A stretch of DNA of 64,000 nt from Candidatus Auribacterota bacterium (lineage in GTDB: Bacteria; Auribacterota; Tritonobacteria; UBA1439), in the NCBI GenBank assembly GCA_026392035.1, contig JAPLCX010000085.1, positions 1,335 to 65,334 on the forward strand, written 5' to 3'. Position 1 is the stretch's first letter. The number at the start of each line of letters is the position of its first letter. Under the pieces are notes generated by a model. The model worked only from the letters and a program-made list of their open reading frames with translations. It ran no database searches and was not told where the DNA came from. Below, in pieces: positions 57,710 to 64,000 of this stretch. Both the position numbers and the translations under genes were made by a program.

Positions 57710-57738
57710 AGTATACGGAACGTGGTGCGGGCCGGCAA
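57710..57738 (-). promoter_or_regulatory. sigma70-type promoter
   Basis: TTGCCG-N17-TATACT on the minus strand. Confidence 0.65.
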
Positions 57739-57837
57739 GGATATTTTCACGCGCTGTGGGCTCAGACCCGAGATGCTGAGCGGCGCCTGCTGAGCAGGAA
57801 CTCCCATGCCGACTCCATTGCACTCATGTGGAGCCTC

Positions 57838-58785
57838 TCATCCCCCGAGGGCATACATCCCGTACCGTGAGAGTTTCATATCCAGATTGTGCCCCTCGGG
57901 TTTCGCGCTCACCGCCTTTACAATCAATTCAGCGACTGGGTGCCCGCGCCTCAGGGGGCCGCGCAGGTCAATCCCCTCGCGGGAGAACAGACAGGGGAGA
58001 AGCATGCCGTCGGCAGTGAGGCGGAGCCGATTGCACGCCGCGCAAAATGGCTCCGTGCGGGAGAGAATGAACCCGATGCTGCTCCCGCCATTCCGATGCC
58101 TGAAACTCTTCGCCGGCCCCCCTCCCGTTTCCCTGGAGGGCTCGATCCCCTCCCGCTCATTCATCGATTCGACAACCGGTGTGAGCGAAACGAAGAGGTC
58201 CTCGCCGCACACAGGCATGTACTCAATGAATCTGACATCGAGCCGCTCACGCCGCCCCCAGGCGATGAAATCATTTATTTCGTCGTCATTGACGCCGCGC
58301 ATGACCACCACATTCACCTTTACCGACCGTATCCCCTCTCCACGCGCCGCTTCGATCCCGCAAAACACCTCGCCGAGCCCTCCGGCACCCGTGATCCGAC
58401 GAAACGTATCCCCGTCGAGCGTATCCAGCCCCACGTTGATCCTCTTCAACCCCGCCCCCTTCAGCTCCCTCGCGAACCGCCGGAGCAAAAGCCCGTTGGT
58501 GGTGAGTGAGCAGTCCACGCCTCTCTCTGAGAGCGCATTGAGAAACCAGATGATGCCGCGGCGCACGAGCGGCTCCCCACCGGTAATGCGAAACCTGCTG
58601 AATCCGAGGAGACGCGCCGCGTCGATCACCGCGAGGATTTCCTCATAGCGCAGGATCTCCTCGTGAGGGATTGAGGTGACTCCCTCCCCGGGCATGCAGT
58701 AGAAGCAGCGCAAGTTACAGCGATCGGTAACGGAAATACGCAGGTAATCAACCGCCCTGCCGTATGTATCAACGAGAGGCTTCAT
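57838..58785 (-). CDS. moaA: GTP 3',8-cyclase (radical SAM)
   Basis: YLRISVTDRCNLRCFYCMP, TGGEP, C..CNRLR.T.DG...CL, C-terminal GG. Confidence 0.96.
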   Translation of the reverse strand: MKPLVDTYGRAVDYLRISVTDRCNLRCFYCMPGEGVTSIPHEEILRYEEILAVIDAARLLGFSRFRITGGEPLVRRGIIWFLNALSERGVDCSLTTNGLLLRRFARELKGAGLKRINVGLDTLDGDTFRRITGAGGLGEVFCGIEAARGEGIRSVKVNVVVMRGVNDDEINDFIAWGRRERLDVRFIEYMPVCGEDLFVSLTPVVESMNEREGIEPSRETGGGPAKSFRHRNGGSSIGFILSRTEPFCAACNRLRLTADGMLLPCLFSREGIDLRGPLRRGHPVAELIVKAVSAKPEGHNLDMKLSRYGMYALGG

Positions 58786-58895
58786 TGTCTCACCCCCTTG
58801 TATTCCCAGTGGGTAAGGCCTCGGTTATGAAGGGTTGAAACGGAATTTCCGTAAGGGGTCACTTATAGAGGGGGGCCACAGATCCCGCTAAGCGG

Positions 58896-58980
58896 GACGG
58901 ATTATGACGGATATTCACAGATGAAAAGAAAGCTTCATCTGCGGCCATCCGTGTGGTTATCCGTGAAAATCCGTGGCGAA
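58896..58980. repeat. Inverted ACGGA/ACAGAT ~9-bp arrays next to a GATCCCGCTAAGCGGGAC palindrome
   Basis: gacggattatgacggatattcacagat ... atctgcggccatccgtgtggttatccgtgaaaatccgtgg. Confidence 0.6.
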
Positions 58981-59117
58981 CATCATTTACCGTTACCCCT
59001 GCAAAACTGACCCATTACGAATTTCCGGAGCCGGGACTGGAAGGTTATGCGCGCGGCGCGGCGAAGCATTTTCGCCCCCTCATACGATCAGCCAAGAGAC
59101 ATTCCCGCCGGGCGCCG

Positions 59118-59222
59118 CTACTTAACCACCGGCTGAACCTGTGCTTTGACCTTCAGTCTCTTTCTCTTGAGGTATTTCTTCCTGCGTATCCTCTTCTCAC
59201 TCACACGATGCGGCTTTGACAT
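59118..59222 (-). CDS. Very small basic protein (34 aa), absent from the supplied track
   Basis: MSKPHRVSEKRIRRKKYLKRKRLKVKAQVQPVVK with an AGGAGG RBS. Confidence 0.55.
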   Translation of the reverse strand: MSKPHRVSEKRIRRKKYLKRKRLKVKAQVQPVVK

Positions 59223-59278
59223 GCGACCTCCTCTATACAGTATTATTCCACTCCTCGATTAGCATTCCTTCCCACAAC

Positions 59279-59698
59279 TCAGGGGTGCTCACCGAACAGC
59301 AACGCGATTTCTCTCTCCGCTTCTTCTCCATTCGCAGACGCGTGCACGAGATTCCGCTCGATATGAAGCCGGTCAATCCCAAGGGCGCCGCGAATCGTCC
59401 CGGCCTCAGCGAGGCGCGGATCCTTGTTGCCCACGAGACCTCTCACGCGCCGTGCCACGTCACCGTCCCCCGCCAGGATGAACAGGCCGACCTCACCGCT
59501 CAGGAGAAAATTGACGTTCACCTCGAAAAACGGCTTGCCCCGATGCTCCCCGTAGAGCCCTTCGACCTCCTCGCGGGAGAGCCGTCTCCGCGTCGAGCGC
59601 ACCACCCTCATGCCCGCGGAAGCGACTCTCTCAAGAATGGTTTTCTCGAGCCCCCTCCGGTAGGCATCCGGCTTGATCATCAGCAGTGTCCTGCCCAT
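59279..59698 (-). CDS. ndk: Nucleoside diphosphate kinase
   Basis: TL.MIKPDA, Y.EH.GKPFF, GTIRG, N.VHAS. Confidence 0.92.
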   Translation of the reverse strand: MGRTLLMIKPDAYRRGLEKTILERVASAGMRVVRSTRRRLSREEVEGLYGEHRGKPFFEVNVNFLLSGEVGLFILAGDGDVARRVRGLVGNKDPRLAEAGTIRGALGIDRLHIERNLVHASANGEEAEREIALLFGEHP

Positions 59699-59818
59699 AG
59701 TTCTGGAAGAACCTCCTCATTGTAACAAATGGCACACCGTGATCACATCAGATCTTCGGGAGAAGGTTCACCCGGTCCGGCGGGTCATTCGCACCGCACA
59801 CCCGGAGATACACCAGCC

Positions 59819-60133
59819 TCACAGCAAACGGCCGTCGAGGATCTTTCGTATTCTCGGGGAAAGTTCACTGAGTGTGAACGGCTTCCGTATGAAATCACTC
59901 GCCTCTTTCTCAAGGATATGCCGCCAGCCCCTGTCCGGGATATATCCGGTACATATGATGACCGGGAGAGAGCGCGCGGATTCCCGTATCCGCTTAAATG
60001 CCTGTACCCCACCCATCCCCTTCATCACCATATCGAGGATGACTAGGTTTGCCCCCATGATCGTTCCCGTTGCCTCTTACGAGCCTTCATAAACGACAAC
60101 CCTGTTCCTTCCGGTCTCCTTCGCATTATACAT
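59819..60133 (-). pseudogene. Deletion scar: GGDEF C-terminal tail followed by an N-terminally truncated receiver
   Basis: 60077-60133 reads MYNAKETGRNRVVVY; the receiver begins at LVILD and lacks beta1. Confidence 0.6.
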
Positions 60134-60182
60134 AAGGGGAACCACGATCACAAGCGCGCGCTCATCCACTTCTTCTCAACGC

Positions 60183-61325
60183 TTGCCCGCAGTGGTACAA
60201 TACAGCATTATGCGCCTCCTGATGCTCCTCATACTCGCGGTATGGATCAAGCGTTATTTCGATTCCCTCAGGCTCGATAGAATGAACCATTTCACCGACC
60301 CTGAGCTGCGAATCCCCATGCCCGATCCGCCCCGCGTGTCCGTCATCGTGGCGGCGAGAAATGAAGCGCGCGTAATAGAAAATTGCCTGCACGCACTCAC
60401 CCGCCAGCGCTATCCGAACTATGAAATAATCGTCGCCGATGACCGCTCGACTGATTCCACGGCCGAGATCATCAGAGAGAAATTCCCCTCGGTGCGCTAC
60501 GTCAGAATACCTTCTCTCCCCGATGGGTACGCGGGGAAAAGTCACGCCCTCTTCGTCGCCCAGAAAGAGGCCACGGGGGAGTGGCTCCTCTTCACCGACG
60601 CCGACACGATACACTCGGAGCACTCAATACTGACTCCGCTCAACTACGCGCTGAAAAATCGCGTTCAGATGCTCACGCTGCTCTCACAGCCCCTCAGCGT
60701 GAGTTTCTGGGAGAAACTGATCCAGCCGATCACTGGCTTCATGCTCTTCATGTTGTTTCCCGTCGAGCGTATAAACAAGCCTGGGGGCCGCGTCGCGTTC
60801 GGGAACGGGCAGTACATTCTGATTCAGCGCAGCGCCTACGACCTGATCGGCGGGCACGGCCGGCTGCTCACCTTCCCGCTGGAGGATATCGCCATGGCGC
60901 AGAACGCAAAGAGAAAGAACGTGCGCTTCGAACTCCTCTATGGGGGCGATGTGCTGAAGTGCAGAATGTACAGCTCGCTCCGCGAACTCTGGAGCGGATG
61001 GGAGCGGATTTTCTTCCTGATCTTCAGCGACCGGATCTGGCTCCTCCCCGCGATCATCGCGGTCATCATCACGCTCTCACTGCTGCCCTACGCCGGCATC
61101 TTTTTCTCCCCCCGCCTCGCGCTGGCGCAGCTGCTCTTCGTGCATCTATCATCCGAACGAGCCTTTGCGTTCATCCATGCCGACAGGCGGTACGTCGTCG
61201 CCCACCCCTTCGGCTGTGCGATCCTCATCGGAATCCTCTGGAGCGCGTTTTGGAAGAAGATATGCGGTGGGGGCGTGTCCTGGAAGGGCAGACACTATTA
61301 CCAGCAGAATTTTCTCAACCGATAG
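60183..61325 (+). CDS. Membrane GT2 glycosyltransferase (HpnB/CrtQ-like architecture)
   Basis: SVIVAARNE, DDRS.D, GK..AL, FTDAD, GQY, EDI. Confidence 0.88.
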   Translation: MPAVVQYSIMRLLMLLILAVWIKRYFDSLRLDRMNHFTDPELRIPMPDPPRVSVIVAARNEARVIENCLHALTRQRYPNYEIIVADDRSTDSTAEIIREKFPSVRYVRIPSLPDGYAGKSHALFVAQKEATGEWLLFTDADTIHSEHSILTPLNYALKNRVQMLTLLSQPLSVSFWEKLIQPITGFMLFMLFPVERINKPGGRVAFGNGQYILIQRSAYDLIGGHGRLLTFPLEDIAMAQNAKRKNVRFELLYGGDVLKCRMYSSLRELWSGWERIFFLIFSDRIWLLPAIIAVIITLSLLPYAGIFFSPRLALAQLLFVHLSSERAFAFIHADRRYVVAHPFGCAILIGILWSAFWKKICGGGVSWKGRHYYQQNFLNR

Positions 61326-61360
61326 CGCTGGCGATATACTCGGTGAAGGAGGCAGCGGAG

Positions 61361-61558
61361 ATGAAATACAAGGTCAGGCTCACACAGGTTTCTTCAGGAC
61401 GGCTCATCGCGTACTGCGACGAGCCCAAATGCAGCACGGGGGCACCGACACGTCAGGAGGCCCTTGATAAGATCAAGGAGGAGATCAGGTATCGTTTGGA
61501 GTACTGTCCCTGCAGCGCGGTGAGGGAAGGAGATATCGAGATCGAGGTAGTCTCCTGA
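61361..61558 (+). CDS. Small HicB-like-fold protein
   Basis: GA.T..EAL..I.E.I pattern; GGAGG RBS. Confidence 0.55.
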   Translation: MKYKVRLTQVSSGRLIAYCDEPKCSTGAPTRQEALDKIKEEIRYRLEYCPCSAVREGDIEIEVVS

Positions 61559-61588
61559 GCATCCCCGGGCCCGCGTGCTCATTCCCGC

Positions 61589-63253
61589 TCATTGAGATGA
61601 CCCGGCGCGGAGAAGGAGCTGCGTGGTGCGCTTCAGCTTAGACCGCGCGGCAATCTCCACAGAGGGGGGAATGAGGTTCTGCGCGCGCAACGTCAGGTAC
61701 ATCTTCTCGGCAATGAGGAGGTGGTTTCCTGATCCGGGCTGGAGTACCGCGGCGAGTTCGTCAGGGGTTTGAATCACCGGGACGGTTCTCTTCAGGTGGA
61801 AACAGACCAGACCCAGTTCCTGTTCCCCCGAGCCATAGATGTAGAGCGTAACACCTCCCTTGATCTGTTCATCCAGCATCCCTTCAAAATCGGCGTATCC
61901 CTTTCCCTTTTCAGTCACTGCCCAGAGAGAGGGTGACAGCACCGCCCCGTACGCGAGGATGAGGAGCGCAATTGAAATCTCCGCCAGCCGCTCCCCGCGG
62001 GTGCGCAGCGCGTACGCAACTGCTGCGCAGGCCGCAAGGACGCTCGCCGCGGTACCGATCGAAGCAACGAGGACGCCGCTCCTCTGAACGATTGCGTAGT
62101 ACCATGCGGCTCCCCAGCTCCCCACAGGGAGTACCGCAAAGAGGCTGAGCCCGATCCTTTGCCAGAGCGATTCCCACCTCGCGCGCCCCGCCGACCGCGA
62201 TTCGGCAATCCACGCCGCGAGCAAAATCGCGAAACCGGGCAGCAGCGGGAGGAGGTACAGGTGCCGTTTTCCGCTCGCGATCGAGAGCACGATGAACGGC
62301 ACCGCAATCACGGCCATGAGGTACTGGCGGCCGCTGTCCGTGATACTCTTCTCGCCGGAGCGGCGGAACAGCCTGAGGGCCGCGGGGGGCAGGAAAATTA
62401 CCCACGGCAATAAAACTTCAGGAAGGATCAGCAAGTAGTACCATGGCGCGTGGGCATGATCTGCGGTGGACGAGATAAAGCGGAGGACCTGGTTGTCCCA
62501 GGCGAACACGCGGAGCGCGCCAGTCCCCTCCCGCGCCCACAGCGCGATCACCCATGAGAACGGCACCGCGACACACGCAGCCACATTCCACGGAGCAATG
62601 AGGCGGGCGAGCTCGCGCCATTCCCGGCGCCACGCCAGGAAAACGACAATCGCCGAGCACGGTATGATGACCCCCACCATTCCCTTTGCCATGAATGCCC
62701 CGCCCACGGCCAATGAGCAGCCGAGGTATCCCATCCCTTTCTGCCCGCCGCTTGACCTATAGCCATGCCAGAAGAGCGCGAGCGAGAGCGCGACGCAGGC
62801 AGCGAGGGGCACGTCAACGAGGAGGTGGTGTGTGATATAGAGCCACTCACCGCACGTGGCGAGGATGAGCGCGGCGAGCAGCCCCGCGGTACGGCCGGCG
62901 AGCATGCCGCCGAGCCAGGCCGTGGCGAGCGCTCCGATGAGTCCCCAGGCGGCGGAAGGAATACGACACACTGACTCTGAGGGCTTCCCCGCTGCGTGGA
63001 AGGCAAGCGCAGCCCCCCAGTACGCAAGGGGAGGCTTTTCGAGAAATGCCTGCCCGTTGAGACGCGGCACCACCCAATCGCCGGATGCATGGATCTCGCG
63101 GGAGATCTCGGCTTCGCGCGGCTCGTCGTTGCCCCAGAGGCCATGCCGCTGACCGGCACCAAAGAGCAGGAGGAGCGCCAGCAGCCACCAGAGGCTCAGG
63201 CCTCCTCGCCGAGGGGTCTTCTGGGACATCTCAATTCCGTGGATAGTTTCCAT
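61589..63253 (-). CDS. ArnT/GT83-family (PMT_2) GT-C glycosyltransferase
   Basis: DEPR.A...RE, WVVP.LNG..FLEKPPL.YW, F..KG, PW.Y. Confidence 0.9.
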   Translation of the reverse strand: METIHGIEMSQKTPRRGGLSLWWLLALLLLFGAGQRHGLWGNDEPREAEISREIHASGDWVVPRLNGQAFLEKPPLAYWGAALAFHAAGKPSESVCRIPSAAWGLIGALATAWLGGMLAGRTAGLLAALILATCGEWLYITHHLLVDVPLAACVALSLALFWHGYRSSGGQKGMGYLGCSLAVGGAFMAKGMVGVIIPCSAIVVFLAWRREWRELARLIAPWNVAACVAVPFSWVIALWAREGTGALRVFAWDNQVLRFISSTADHAHAPWYYLLILPEVLLPWVIFLPPAALRLFRRSGEKSITDSGRQYLMAVIAVPFIVLSIASGKRHLYLLPLLPGFAILLAAWIAESRSAGRARWESLWQRIGLSLFAVLPVGSWGAAWYYAIVQRSGVLVASIGTAASVLAACAAVAYALRTRGERLAEISIALLILAYGAVLSPSLWAVTEKGKGYADFEGMLDEQIKGGVTLYIYGSGEQELGLVCFHLKRTVPVIQTPDELAAVLQPGSGNHLLIAEKMYLTLRAQNLIPPSVEIAARSKLKRTTQLLLRAGSSQ

Positions 63254-63281
63254 GGGGGTTTATGACGCCGCTCCTCCGCCA

Positions 63282-63629
63282 TCAGGCGAATGTAGATTTG
63301 CGAAAAGATCTGATAAACTCCCTCCGGGCAAAATCGGTCACCCTCGCGTGATACCGCTCGTACTGCTCCACGAACTGTTCCGCGAATGGCGTGAGTGCCG
63401 TGCCGCCGCGCATCGCGCCCCCGATCCTCCTCACCAGGATTTTTGTGCCGAGCTTTCTCTCCAGCCGGTTGAGGATCCTCAGCGCCTTCACATAGGACAT
63501 GCCCATGTCCTCCGCCGCTCTGCGTATGGAGCCGAATTTCTGAATTCTCCTGATCAACCACACAAGCCCTATCCCCATAAAAGGCTCCTGGCGCGTGTCG
63601 GTGAGACTGATTCTTACTTTAACATTCAT
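63282..63629 (-). CDS. ModE N-terminal-type winged-helix regulator
   Basis: G.G...L...I...GSIRRAA..MGMSY, L....GG...GG..LT. Confidence 0.85.
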   Translation of the reverse strand: MNVKVRISLTDTRQEPFMGIGLVWLIRRIQKFGSIRRAAEDMGMSYVKALRILNRLERKLGTKILVRRIGGAMRGGTALTPFAEQFVEQYERYHARVTDFARREFIRSFRKSTFA

Positions 63630-63681
63630 GGATGTCATGAGGACGGCGCACCATACTGGCGGCACGACCGGACGCGCGCAT

Positions 63682-63897
63682 TCAGCCGCGACCGGTCCCG
63701 CCTTTTCCCATCCGCACCCCCCACCCGATCCGAAAGCGGCCATGGCAGTTGGGGCAGATGAGGTAAATCTCCGCGGACTCACTTTTCTCTTTGAAGGAAA
63801 ATGACACATGAAACCCATCCGTATATCCGCATGCCGGGCAACGGTAGATTTCCCCCTCCGGAGCGATAGTCATGATCTTTTTTGCCGCGCCCATCAC
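63682..63897 (-). CDS. Small zinc-ribbon protein
   Basis: CPACG.TDGFH ... ICPNC. Confidence 0.65.
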   Translation of the reverse strand: MMGAAKKIMTIAPEGEIYRCPACGYTDGFHVSFSFKEKSESAEIYLICPNCHGRFRIGWGVRMGKGGTGRG

Positions 63898-64000
63898 CCT
63901 AGGATTCCCTCCTCACGCAGTGTGTTATTTCTCACAATGCATTAGACCTCGGCGAGAAACATGTTCGATCACATTCTATAAATATCCGGCACCCGAGTCA

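Noticed and set aside
59118-59222. rpsU (bS21) assignment
   Set aside because: Too short and lacks the bS21 core motifs.

Overview
Bacterial chromosomal window; no rRNA, tRNA or CRISPR array is recognisable and the taxon cannot be determined from the sequence. GC-rich housekeeping flanks (left: C-terminus of a pentameric ligand-gated ion channel, GT-C/TPR protein, FecR protein, CHASE2 cyclase, RsbU/RsbW-like pair; right: moaD/moeB-like, folE, comF, ahcY, metK, moaA, ndk, GT2, ArnT-like, modE-like) enclose a visibly more AT-rich ~40 kb accessory region (~9.6-49.3 kb). Its core is a large minus-strand gas-vesicle cluster (~14.7-35.7 kb). Structural and assembly genes: 2x gvpA, gvpJ plus a second GvpA-family minor protein, gvpN, gvpK, gvpG, 2x gvpO, 5x GvpL/F and 4 helical GvpC-like paralogues, two of them with clear 33-aa repeats. 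Interleaved with these is a chaperone set: CDC48-type AAA ATPase, ArsA/GET3 ATPase, 2x Hsp20, a GvpF-J-domain fusion and stand-alone six-repeat DnaJ zinc fingers. A near-consensus sigma54 promoter with four helically phased GGGACA-like boxes lies upstream of gvpA, near an NtrC-family activator, three PAS kinases and receiver proteins, each lone receiver followed by a member of one uncharacterised paralogue family. The region is heavily remodelled by mobile DNA: an IS6-family element with an 8-bp TSD; a RAYT (Y1) gene between 25-bp inverted repeats, with matching 78-bp non-autonomous copies that sit at duplication and truncation breakpoints; and several families of intergenic palindromic elements, including inverted heptamer arrays tied to four-helix-bundle genes. 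All family assignments come from motif recognition by eye, not from database searches.
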